Assembly (NCBI GenBank): GCA_053919585.1
Contig: JBSSHM010000055.1
Strand: one strand, 5' to 3'
DNA from: Euprymna scolopes
Taxonomy: Eukaryota
Length of the DNA stretch: 64,000 nucleotides
Of the stretch, positions 32,401 through 46,773 are shown in pieces. The position numbers were made by a program, and so were the translations under genes. Below the pieces are notes generated by a model, which made no database searches, had not been told where the DNA came from, and worked only from the letters and a program-made list of their open reading frames with translations. The first letter of the stretch is position 1. The number at the start of each line of letters is the position of its first letter.

Positions 32401-35400
32401 TTTGTATTATTCTGTTGAATAGTGAATAGTCAGATTATGTATTGATATCGTTTTTGTATTATTCCGTTGAATAGTGAATAGTCAGATTATGTATTAATAT
32501 CGTTTTTGTATTATTCCGTTGAATAGTGAATAGTCAGATTATGTATTGATATCGCTTTTGTATTTTTCTGTTGAATAGTGAATAGTAAGATTATGTATAG
32601 ATATCGTTTTTGTATTATTCTGTTTAATAGTGAATAGTCAGATTATGTATTAATATTGTTTTTGTATTATTCCGTTGAATAGTGAATAGTCAGATTATGT
32701 ATTGATATCGTTTTTGTATTATTCTGTTGAATAATGAATAGTCAGATTATGTATTGATATCGCTTTTGTATTTTTCTGTTGAATAGTGAATAGTCAGATA
32801 ATGTATTGATATCGTTTTTGTATTTTTCTGTTGAATAGTGAATAGTCAGATTATGTATTGATATCGTTTTTTTTATTATTCCTTTGAATAGTGAATAGTC
32901 AGATTATGTATTGATATCGTTTTTGTATTATTCCTTTGAATAGTGAATAGTCAGATTATGTATTGATATCGTTTTTGTATTTTTCTGTTGAATAGTGAAT
33001 AGTTAGATTATGTATTGATATCGTTTTTGTATTATTCCGTTGAATAGTGAATAGTCAAATTATGTATTGATATCGCTTTTGTATTTTTCTGTTGAATAGT
33101 GAATAGTCAGATTATGTATTGATATCGTTTTTGTATTATTCCTTTGAATAGTAGATAGTCAGATTATGTATTGATATCGTTTTTGTATTATTCCTTTGAA
33201 TAGTGAATAGTCAGATTATGTATTGATATCATTGTTGTATTATTCTGTTGAATAGTGAATAGTCAGATTATGTATTGATATCGTTTTTGTATTATTCTGT
33301 TGAATAGTGAATAGTCAGATTATGTATTGATATCGTTTTTGTATTATTCCGTTGAATAGTGAATAGTCAGATTATGTATTAATATCGTTTTTGTATTATT
33401 CCGTTGAATAGTGAATAGTCAGATTATGTATTGATATCGCTTTTGTATTTTTCTGTTGAATAGTGAATAGTAAGATTATGTATAGATATCGTTTTTGTAT
33501 TATTCTGTTTAATAGTGAATAGTCAGATTATGTATTAATATTGTTTTTGTATTATTCCGTTGAATAGTGAATAGTCAGATTATGTATTGATATCGTGTTT
33601 GTATTATTCTGTCGAATAGTGAATAGTCAGATTATGTATTGATATCATTGTTGTAATATTCTGTTGAATAGTGAATAGTCATATTATGTATTGATATCGT
33701 TTTTGTATTATTCTGTTGAATAGTGAATAGTCAGATTATGTATTGATATCATTGTTGTATTATTCTGTTGAATAGTGAATAGTCAGATTATGTATTGATA
33801 TCGTTTTTGTATTAATCCGTTGAATAGTGAATAGTCAGATTATGTATTGATATCGTTTTTTTATTATTCCTTTGAATAGTGAATAGTCAGATTATGTATT
33901 GATATCGTTTTTGTATTATTCCTTTGAATAGTGAATAGTCCGATTATGTATTGATATCATTGTTGTATTATTCTGTTGAATAGTGAATAGTCAGATTATG
34001 TATTGATATCGTTTTTGTATTATTCCGTTGAATAGTGAATAGTCAAATTATGTATTGATATCGCTTTTGTATTTTTCTGTTGAATGGTGAATAGTCAGAT
34101 TATGTATTGATATCGTTTTTGTATTATTCTGTTGAATAGTGAATAGTCAGATTATGTATTGATATCGTTTTTGTATTATTCTGTTGAATAGTGAATAGTC
34201 AGATTATGTATTGATATCGTTTTTGTATTATTCCTTTGAATAGTAGATAGTCAGATTATGTATTGATATCGTTTTTGTATTATTCCGTTGAATAATGAAT
34301 AGTCAGATTATGTATTGATATCGTTTTTGTATTATTCCTATGAATAGTGAATAGTCCGATTATGTATTGATATCATTGTTGTATTATTCTGTTGAATAGT
34401 GAATAGTCAGATTATGTATTGATATCGTTTTTGTATTATTCTGTTGAATAGTGAATAGTCAGATTATGTATTGATATCGTTTTTGTATTATTCCGTTGAA
34501 TAGTGAATAGTCAGATTATGTATTGATATCGTTTTTGTATTTTTCTGTTGAATAGTTTATAGTCAGATTATGTATTGATATCGTTTTTTTATTATTCGTT
34601 TGAATAGTGAATAGTCAGATTATGTATTGATATCGTTTTTTTATTATTCCTTTGAATAGTGAATAGTCAGATTATGTATTGATATCGTTTTTTTATTATT
34701 CCTTTGAATAGTGAATAGTCAGATTATGTATTGATATCGTTTTTGTATTTTTCTGTTGAATAGTGAATAGTAAGATTATGTATTGATATCGTTTTTGTAT
34801 TATTCCGTTGAATAGTGAATATTAAGATTATGTATTGATATCGTTTTTGTATTTTTCTGTTGAATAGTGAATAGTCAGATTATGTATTGATATCGTTTTT
34901 GTATTATTCCGTTGAATAGTGAATAGTCAAATTATGTATTGATATCGCTTTTGTATTTTTCTGTTGAATAGTGAATAGTCAGATTATGTATTGATATCGT
35001 TTTTGTATTATTCCTTTGAATAGTAGATAGTCAAATTATGTATTGATATCGTTTTTGTATTATTCCGTTGAATAATGAATAGTCAGATTATGTATTGATA
35101 TCGTTTTTGTATTATGCCTTTGAATAGTGAATTGTACGATTATGTATTGATATCATTGTTGTATTATTCTGTTGAATAGTGAATAGTCAGATTATGTATT
35201 GATATTGTTTTTGTATTATTCTGTTGAATAGTGAATAGTCAGATTATGTATTAATATCGTTTTTGTATTATTCTGTTGAATAGTTAACAGTAAGATTATG
35301 TATTGATATCGTTTGTGTATTATTCCGTTGAATAGTTAATAGTCAGATTATTTATTGATATCGTTTTTGTATTATTCCGTTGAATAGTGAATAATCAGAT

Positions 35401-38400
35401 TATGTATTAATATCGTTTTTGTATTATTCCGTTGAATAGTGAATAGTAAGATTATGTATTGATATCGTTTTTGTATTATTCCGTTGAATAGTGAATAATC
35501 AGATTATGTATTGATATCGTTTTTGTATTATTCCGTTTAATAGTGAATAGTCAGATTATGTATTGATATCGTTTTTGTATTATTCCGTTGAAAAGTGAAT
35601 AGTCAGATTATGTATTAATATCGTTTTTGTATTATTCTGTTGAATAGTGAATAGTCAGATTATGTATTGATATCCTTTTTGTATTATTCTGTTGAATAGT
35701 GAATAGTCAGATTATGTATTGATATCGTTTTTTTCTTATTCCTTTGAATAGTTTATAGTCCGATTATGTATTGATATTATTGTTGTATTATTCTGTTGAA
35801 TAGTGAATAGTCAGATTATGTATTGATATCGTTTTTGTATTATTCCGTTGAAAAGTGAATAGTCAGATTATGTATTGATATCGTTTTTGTATTATTCCGT
35901 TGAATAGTGAATAGTCAGAATATGTATTGATATCATTTTTATATTATTCTGTTGAATAGTGAATAGTCAGATTATGTATTGATATCGTTTTTGTATTATT
36001 CCTTTGAATAGTGAATAGTCAGATTATGTATTGATATCATTGTTATATTATTCTGTTGAATAGTGAATAGTCAGATTATGTATTGATATCGTTTTTGTAT
36101 TATTCTGTTGAATAGTGAATAGTCAGATTATGTATTGATATCGTTTGTGTATTATTCTGTTGAATAGTGAATAGTCAGATTATGTATTGATATCGTTTGT
36201 GTATTATTCTGTTGAATAGTGAATAGTCAGATTATGTATTGATATCATTGTTGTATTATTCTGTTTAATAGTGAATAGTCAGATTATGTATTGATATCAT
36301 TGTTGTATTATTCTGTTGAATAGTGAATAGTCAGATTATGTATTGATATCGGTTTTGTATTATTCCGTTGAATAGTGAATAGTCAGATTATGTATTGATA
36401 TCATTTTTGTATTATTCTGTTGAATAGTGAATAGTCCGATTATGTATTGATATCATTGTTGTATTATTCCGTTGAATAGTGAATAGTAAGATTATGTATT
36501 GATATCGTTTTTGTATTATTCCGTTGAATAGTGAATAATCAGATTATGTATTGATATCGTTTTTGTATTATTCCGTTTAATAGTGAATAGTCAGATTATG
36601 TATTGATATCGTTTTTGTATTATTCCGTTGAAAAGTGAATAGTCAGATTATGTATTAATATCGTTTTTGTATTATTCTGTTGAATAGTGAATAGTCAGAT
36701 TATGTATTGATATCCTTTTTGTATTATTCTGTTGAATAGTGAATAGTCAGATTATGTATTGATATCGTTTTTTTCTTATTCCTTTGAATAGTTTATAGTC
36801 CGATTATGTATTGATATTATTGTTGTATTATTCTGTTGAATAGTGAATAGTCAGATTATGTATTAATATCGTTTTTGTATTATTCCGTTGAATAGTGAAT
36901 AGTCCGATTATGTATTGATATCGTTTTTGTAATGTTCTGTTGAATAGTGAATAGTCCGATTATGTATTGATATCATTGTTGTATTATTCTGTTGAATAGT
37001 GAATAGTCAGATTATGTATTGATATCGTTTTTGTATTATTCCGTTGAATAGTGAATAGTCAGATTATGTATTGATATCGTTTTTGTATTATTCCGTTGAA
37101 TAGTGAATAGTCAGATTATGTATTGATATCATTGTTATATTATTCTGTTGAATAGTGAATAGTCAGATTATGTATTGATATCGTTTTTGTATTATTCCTT
37201 TGAATAGTGAATAGTCAGATTATGTATTGATATCATTGTTATATTATTCTGTTGAATAGTGAATAGTCAGATTATGTATTGATATCGTTTTTGTATTATT
37301 CTGTTGAATAGTGAATAGTCAGATTATGTATTGATATCGTTTGTGTATTATTCTGTTGAATAGTGAATAGTCAGATTATGTATTGATATCGTTTGTGTAT
37401 TATTCTGTTGAATAGTGAATAGTCAGATTATGTATTGATATCATTGTTGTATTATTCTGTTTAATAGTGAATAGTCAGATTATGTATTGATATCATTGTT
37501 GTATTATTCTGTTGAATAGTGAATAGTCAGATTATGTATTGATATCGTTTTTTTATTATTCCTTTGAATAGTGAATAGTCAGATTATGTATTGATATCGT
37601 TTTTGTATTTTTCTGTTGAATAGTGAATAGAAAGATTATGTATTAATATCGTTTTTGTATTATTCCGTTGAATAGTGAATAGTAAGATTATGTATTGATA
37701 TCGTTTTTGTATTTTTCTATTAAATAGTGAATAGTAAGATTATGTATTGATATCGTTTTTGTATTATTTCGTTGAATAGTGAATAGTCAAATTATGTATT
37801 GATATCGCTTTTGTATTTTTCTGTTGAATAGTGAATAGACAGATTATGTATTGATATCGTTTTTGTATTATTCCTTTGAATAGTAGATAGTCAGATTATG
37901 TATTGATATCGTTTTTGTATTATTCCTTTGAATAGTGAATAGCAAGATTATTCATAGATATCGTATTTGTATTATTCTGTTGAATAGTGAATAGTCAGAT
38001 TATGTATTGATATCGTTTTTGTATTTTTCTGTTGAATAGTGAATAGTAAGATTATGTATTGATATCGTTTTTTTATTATTCTGTTGAATAGTGAATAGTC
38101 AGATTATGTATTGATATCGTTTTTGTATTATTCTGTTTAATAGTGAATAGTCAGATTATGTATTAATATCATTTTTGTATTATTCCGTTGAATAGTGAAT
38201 AGTCAGATTATGTATTGATATCGTTTTTGTATTATTCCGTTGAATAGTGAATAGTCTGATTATGTATTGATATCATTGTTGTATTATTCTGTTGAATAGT
38301 GAATAGTCAGATTATGTATTGATATCGTTTTTTTATTATTCTGTTGAATAGTGAATAGTCAGATTATGTATTGATATCATTGTTGTATTATTCTGTTGAA

Positions 38401-41400
38401 TAGTGAATAGTCAGATTATGTATTGATATCGTTTTTGTATTATTCTGTTGAAAAGTGAATAGTCAGATTATGTATTGATATCGTTTTTGTATTATTCTGT
38501 TGAATAGTGAATAGTCAGATTATGTATTGATATCGTTTTTGTATTATTCTGTTGAAAAGTGAATAGTCAGATTATGTATTGATATCGTTTTTGTATTATT
38601 CTGTTGAATAGTGAATAGTCAGATTATGTATTGATATCCTTTTTGTATTATTCTGTTGAGTAGTGAATAGAAAGATTATGTATTCATATCGTGTGTGTAT
38701 TATTCTGTTGAATAGTGAATAGTCAGATTATGTATTGATATCGTTTTTGTATTATTCTGGTGAATAGTGAATAGTCAGATTATGTATTAATATCGTTTTT
38801 GTATTATTCTGTTGAATAGTGAATAGTCAGATTATGTATTGATATAGTTTTTGTATTATTCTGTTGAATAGTAAATAGTCAGATTATGTATTGATATCGT
38901 TTTTGTATTATTCTGTTGAATAGTGAATAGTCAGATTATGTATTAATATCGTTTTTGTATTATTCTGTTGAATAGTGAATAGTCAGATTATGCATTGATA
39001 TCGTTTTTGTATTATTCTGTTGAATAGTAAATAGTCAGATTATGTATTGATATCGTTTTTGTATTATTCTGTTGAATAGTGAATAGTCAGATTATGTATT
39101 GATATCGTTTTTGTATTATTCCTTTGAATAGGGAATAGTCAGATTATGTATTAATATCGTTTTTGTATTATTCCGTTGAATAGTGAATAGTCAGATTATG
39201 TATTGATATCGTTTTTGTATTATTCTGTTGAATAGTGAATAGTCAGATTATGTATTAATATCGTTTTTGTATTATTCTGGTGAATAGTGAATAGTCAGAT
39301 TATGTATTAATATCGTTTTTGTATTATTCTGTTGAATAGTGAATAGTCAGATTATGTATTAATATCGTTTTTGTATTATTCCGTTGAATAGTGAATAGTC
39401 AGATTATGTATTGATATCGTTTTTGTATTATTCCTTTGAATAGGGAATAGTCAGATTATGTATTAATATCGTTTTTGTATTATTCCGTTGAATAGTGAAT
39501 AGTCAGATTATGTATTGATATCGTTTTTGTATTATTCCTTTGAATAGGGAATAGTCAGATTATGTATTGATATCGTTTTTTTATTATTCCTTTAAATAGT
39601 GAATAGTCAGATTATGTATTGATATCGTTTTTGTATTTTTCTGTTGAATAGTGAATAGTCAGATTATGTATTGATATCGGTTTTGTATTATTCTGTTGAA
39701 TAGTGAATAGTAAGATTATGTATTAATATCGTTTTTGTATTATTCCGTTGAATAGTGAATAGTAAGATTATGTATTGATATCGTTTTTGTATTTTTCTAT
39801 TAAATAGTGAATAGTAAGATTATGTATTGATATCGTTTTTGTATTATTTCGTTGAATAGTGAATAGTCAAATTATGTATTGATATCGCTTTTGTATTTTT
39901 CTGTTGAATAGTGAATAGACAGATTATGTATTGATATCGTTTTTGTATTATTCCTTTGAATAGTAGATAGTCAGATTATGTATTGATATCGTTTTTGTAT
40001 TATTCCTTTGAATAGTGAATAGCAAGATTATTCATTGATATCGTATTTGTATTATTCTGTTGAATAGTGAATAGTCAGATTATGTATTGATATCGTTTTT
40101 GTATTTTTCTGTTGAATAGTGAATAGTAAGATTATGTATTGATATCGTTTTTGTATTTTTCTGTTGAATAGTGAATAGTCAGATTATGTATTGATATCGT
40201 TTTTGTATTATTCTGTTTAATAGTGAATAGTCAGATTATGTATTAATATCGTTTTTGTATTATTCCGTTGAATAGTGAATAGTCAGATTATGTATTGATA
40301 TCGTTTTTGTATTATTCCGTTTAATAGTGAATAGTCTGATTATGTATTGATATCATTGTTGTATTATTCTGTTGAATAGTGAATAGTCAGATTATGTATT
40401 GATATCGTTTTTGTATTATTCTGTTGAAAAGTGAATAGTCAGATTATGTATTGATATCGTTTTTGTATTATTCTGTTGAATAGTGAATAGTCAGATTATG
40501 TATTGATATCGTTTTTGTATTATTCTGTTGAAAAGTGAATAGTCAGATTATGTATTGATATCGTTTTTGTATTATTCTGTTGAATAGTGAATAGTCAGAT
40601 TATGTATTGATATCCTTTTTGTATTATTCTGTTGAGTAGTGAATAGAAAGATTATGTATTTATATCGTGTGTGTATTATTCTGTTGAATAGTGAATAGTC
40701 AGATTATGTATTGATATCGTTTTTGTATTATTCTGGTGAATAGTGAATAGTCAGATTATGTATTAATATCGTTTTTGTATTATTCCTTTGAATAGTGAAT
40801 AGTAAGATTATGTATTGATATCGTTTTTGTATTATTCCTTTGAATAGGGAATAGTCAGATTATGTATTGATATCGTTTTTGTATTATGCTGTTGAATTGT
40901 GAATAGTTAGATTATGTATTGATATCATTGTTGTATTATGCTGTTGAATAGTGAATAGTCAGATTATGTATTGATATCGTTTTTGTATTATTCCGTTGAA
41001 TAGTGAATAGTCAGATCATGTATTAATATCGTTTTTGTATTATTCTGTTGAATAGTGAATAATCAGAATATGTATTGATATCGTTTTTGTATTATTCCGT
41101 TGAATACTGAATAGTCAGATTATGTATTGATATCGCTTTTGTATTATTCTGTTTAATAGTGAATAGTCAGATTATGTATTAATATTGTTTTTGTATTATT
41201 CCGTTGAATAGTGAATAGTCAGATTATGTATTGATATCGTTTTTTATTATTCTGTTGAATAGTGAATAGTCAGATTATGTATTGATATCATTGTTGTATT
41301 ATTCTGTTGAATAGTGAATAGTCAGATTATGTATTGATATCGTTTTTGTATTTTTCTGTTGAATAGTGAATAGTCAGATTATGTATTGTTATCGTTTTTG

Positions 41401-44400
41401 TATTATTCCGTTGAATAGTGAATAGTCAAATTATGTATTGATATCGCTTTTGTATTTTTCTGTTGAATAGTGAATAGTCAGATTATGTATTGATATCGTT
41501 TTTGTATTATTCCTTTGAATAGTAGATAGTCAGATTATGTATTGATATCGTTTTTGTATTATTCCGTTGAATAATGAATAGTACGATTATGTATTGATAT
41601 CATTGTTGTATTATTCTGTTGAATAGTGAATAGTCAGATTATGTATTGATATCGTTTTTGTATTATTCTGTTGAATAGTGAATAGTCAGATTATGTATTG
41701 ATATCATTGTTGTATTATTCTGTTGAATAGTGAATAGTCAGATTATGTATTGATATCGTTTTTGTATTTTTCTGTTGAATAGTGAATAGTCAGATTATGT
41801 ATTGTTATCGTTTTTGTATTATTCCGTTGAATAGTGAATAGTAAGATTATGTATTGATATCGTTTTTGTAATATTCCTTTGAATAGTGAATAGTCAGATT
41901 ATGTATTGATATAGTTTTTGTATTATTCCGTCGAATAGTGAATAGTAAGATTATGTATTGATACTGTTTTTGTATTATTCTGTTGAATAGTGAATAGTCA
42001 GATTATGTATTAATATCGTTTTTGTATTATTCTGTTGAATAGTGAATAGTAAGATTATGTATTGATATCGTTTGTGTATTATTCCGTTGAATAGTTAATA
42101 GTCAGATTATATATTGATATCGTTTTTGTATTATTCCGTTGAATAGTGAATAGTAAGATTATGTATTGATATCGTTTTTGTATTATTCCGTTGAATAGTG
42201 AATAGTCAAATTATGTATTGATATCGCTTTTGTATTTTTCTGTTGAATAGTGAATAGTCAGATTATGTATTGATATCGTTTTTGTATTATTCCGTTGAAT
42301 AGTGAGTAGTAAGATTATGTATTGATATCGTTTTTGTATTATTCTGTTGAATAGTGAATAGTCAGATTATGTATTAATATGGTTTTTGTATTATTATTCT
42401 GTGTAATAGTAAATAGTAAGATTATGTATTGATATCGTTTTTGTATTATTCCGTTGAATAGTGAATAGTCAGATTATGTATTGATATCGTTTTTGTATGT
42501 TTCTGTTGAATAGTTAATAGTAAGATTATGTATAGATATCGTTTTTGTATTATTCCGTTGAATAGTGAATAGTCAGATTATGTATTAATATTGTTTTTGT
42601 ATTATTCTGTTGAATAGTGAATAGTCAGATTATGTATTGATATCGTTTTTGTATTTTTCTGTTGAATAGTGAATAGTAAGATTATGTATTGATATCGTTT
42701 TTGTATTATTCTGTTGAATAGTTAATAGTCAAGTTATGTATTGATATCGTTTTTGTATTATTCTGTTTAATAGTGAATAGTAAGATTATGTATTGATATC
42801 GTTTTTGTATTATTCTGTTGAATAGTGAATAGTCAGATTATGTATTGATATCGTTTTTGTATTATTCTGTTGAATAGTGAATAGTCAGATTATGTATTGA
42901 TATCGTTTTTGTATTATTCTGTTTAATAGTGAATAGTCAGATTATGTATTGATATCGTTTTTGTATTATTCCGTTGAATAATGAATAGTCAGATTATGCA
43001 TTGATATCGTTTTTTTATTATTCCTTTGAATAGTGAATAGTCCGATTATGTATTGATATCATTGTTGTATTATTCTGTTGAATAGTGAATAGTCAGATTA
43101 TGTATTGATATCGTTTTTGTATTATTCTGTTGAAAAGTGAATAGTCAGATTATGTATTGATATCGTTTTTGTATTATTCTGTTGAATAGTGAATAGTCAG
43201 ATTATGTATTAATATCGTTTTTGTATTATTCCTTTGAATAGTGAATAGTAAGATTATGTATTGATATCGTTGTTGTATTATTCCTTTGAATAGGGAATAG
43301 TCAGATTATGTATTGATATCGTTTTTGTATTATGCTGTTGAATTGTGAATAGTTAGATTATGTATTTATATCATTGTTGTATTATTCAGTTGAATAGTGA
43401 ATAGGCAGGTTATGTATTGATATAGTTTTTGTATTATTCCGTTGAATAGTGAATAGTAAGATTATGTATTGATATCGTTTTTCTATTATTCAGTTGAAGA
43501 GTGAATAGTCAGATTATGTATTGATATCGTTTTTGTATTATTCTGTTGAATAGTGAATAGTCAGATTATGTATTGATATCGTTTTTGTATTATTCCGTTG
43601 AATAGTGAATAGTCAGATTATGTATTGATATCGTTTTTGTATTATTTCGTTGAATAGTGAATAGTACGATTATGTATTGATATCGTTTTTGTATTATTCT
43701 GTTGAACAGTGAATAGTCAGATTATGTATTGATATCGTTTTTGTATTATTCTGTTGAATAGTGAATAGTCAGATTATGTATTAATATCGTTTTTGTATTA
43801 TTCCGTTGAATAGTGAATAGTCAGATTATGTATTGATATCGTTTTTGTATTATTCCGTCGAATAGTGAATAGTCAGATTATGTATTAATATCGTTTTTGT
43901 ATTATTCCTTTGAATAGTGAATAGTCAGATTATGTATTGATATCGTTTTTGTATTATTCCGTTGAATAGTGAATAGTAAGATTATGTATTGATATCATTG
44001 TTGTATTATGCTGTTGAATAGTTAATAGTAAGATTATGTATTGATATCGTTTTTGTATTATTCCGTTGAATAGTGAATAGTAAGATTATGTATTGATATC
44101 GCTTTTGTATTTTTCTGTTGAATAGTGAATAGTAAGATTATGTATAGATATCGTTTTTGTATTATTCTGTTTAATAGTGAATAGTCAGATTATGTATTGA
44201 TATCGTTTTTGTATTATTCTGTTTAATAGTGAATAGTCAGATTATGTATTAATATTGTTTTTGTATTATTCCGTTGAATAGTGAATAGTCAGATTATGTA
44301 TTGATATCGTTTTTGTATTATTCTGTTGAATAATGAATAGTCAGATTATGTATTGATATCGCTTTTGTATTTTTCTGTTGAATAGTGAATAGTCAGATAA

Positions 44401-46773
44401 TGTATTGATATCGTTTTTGTATTTTTCTGTTGAATAGTGAATAGTCAGATTATGTATTGATATCGTTTTTTTTATTATTCCTTTGAATAGTGAATAGTCA
44501 GATTATGTATTGATATCGTTTTTGTATTTTTCTGTTGAATAGTGAATAGTTAGATTATGTATTGATATCGTTTTTGTATTATTCCGTTGAATAGTGAATA
44601 GTCAAATTATGTATTGATATCGCTTTTGTATTTTTCTGTTGAATAGTGAATAGTCAGATTATGTATTGATATCGTTTTTGTATTATTCCTTTGAATAGTA
44701 GATAGTCAGATTATGTATTGATATCGTTTTTGTATTATTCCTTTGAATAGTGAATAGTCCGATTATGTATTGATATCATTGTTGTATTATTCTGTTGAAT
44801 AGTGAATAGTCAGATTATGTATTGATATCGTTTTTGTATTATTCTGTTGAATAGTGAATAGTCAGATTATGTATTGATATCGTTTTTGTATTATTCCGTT
44901 GAATAGTGAATAGTCAGATTATGTATTAATATCGTTTTTGTATTATTCCGTTGAATAGTGAATAGTCAGATTATGTATTGATATCGCTTTTGTATTTTTC
45001 TGTTGAATAGTGAATAGTAAGATTATGTATAGATATCGTTTTTGTATTATTCTGTTTAATAGTGAATAGTCAGATTATGTATTAATATTGTTTTTTTATT
45101 ATTCCGTTGAATAGTGAATAGTCAGATTATGTATTGATATCGTTTTTGTATTATTCTGTCGAATAGTGAATAGTCAGATTATGTATTGATATCATTGTTG
45201 TAATATTCTGTTGAATAGTGAATAGTCATATTATGTATTGATATCGTTTTTGTATTATTCTGTTGAATAGTGAATAGTCAGATTATGTATTGATATCATT
45301 GTTGTATTATTCTGTTGAATAGTGAATAGTCAGATTATGTATTGATATCGTTTTTGTATTATTCCGTTGAATAGTGAATAGTCAGATTATGTATTGATAT
45401 CGTTTTTTTATTATTCCTTTGAATAGTGAATAGTCAGATTATGTATTGATATCGTTTTTGTATTATTCCTTTGAATAGTGAATAGTCCGATTATGTATTG
45501 ATATCATTGTTGTATTATTCTGTTGAATAGTGAATAGTCAGATTATGTATTGATATCGTTTTTGTATTATTCCGTTGAATAGTGAATAGTCAAATTATGT
45601 ATTGATATCGCTTTTGTATTTTTCTGTTGAATGGTGAATAGTCAGATTATGTATTGATATCGTTTTTGTATTATTCTGTTGAATAGTGAATAGTCAGATT
45701 ATGTATTGATATCGTTTTTGTATTATTCTGTTGAATAGTGAATAGTCAGATTATGTATTGATATCGTTTTTGTATTATTCCTTTGAATAGTAGATAGTCA
45801 GATTATGTATTGATATCGTTTTAGTATTATTCCGTTGAATAATGAATAGTCAGATTATGTATTGATATCGTTTTTGTATTATTCCTTTGAATAGTGAATA
45901 GTCCGATTATGTATTGATATTATTGTTGTATTATTCTGTTGAATAGTGAATAGTCAGATTATGTATTGATATCGTTTTTGTATTATTCTGTTGAATAGTG
46001 AATAGTCAGATTATGTATTGATATCGTTTTTGTATTATTCCGTTGAATAGTGAATAGTCAGATTATGTATTGATATCGTTTTTGTATTTTTCTGTTGAAT
46101 AGTTTATAGTCAGATTATGTATTGATATCGTTTTTTTATTATTCGTTTGAATAGTGAATAGTCAGATTATGTATTGATATCGTTTTTTTATTATTCCTTT
46201 GAATAGTGAATAGTCAGATTATGTATTGATATCGTTTTTGTATTTTTCTGTTGAATAGTGAATAGTAAGATTATGTATTGATATCGTTTTTGTATTATTC
46301 CGTTGAATAGTGAATATTAAGATTATGTATTGATATCGTTTTTGTATTTTTCTGTTGAATAGTGAATAGTCAGATTATGTATTAATATCGTTTTTGTATT
46401 ATTCCTTTGAATAGTAGATAGTCAGATTATGTATTGATATCGTTTTTGTATTATTCCGTTGAATAGTGAATAGTCAAATTATGTATTGATATCGCTTTTG
46501 TATTTTTCTGTTGAATAGTGAATAGTCAGATTATGTATTGATATCGTTTTTTTATTATTCGTTTGAATAGTGAATAGTCAGATTATGTATTGATATCGTT
46601 TTTTTATTATTCCTTTGAATAGTGAATAGTCAGATTATGTATTGATATCGTTTTTGTTTTTTTCTGTTGAATAGTGAATAGTAAGATTATGTATTGATAT
46701 CGTTTTTGTATTATTCCGTTGAATAGTGAATAGTCAGATTATGTATTAATATCGTTTGTGTATTATTCCGTTG

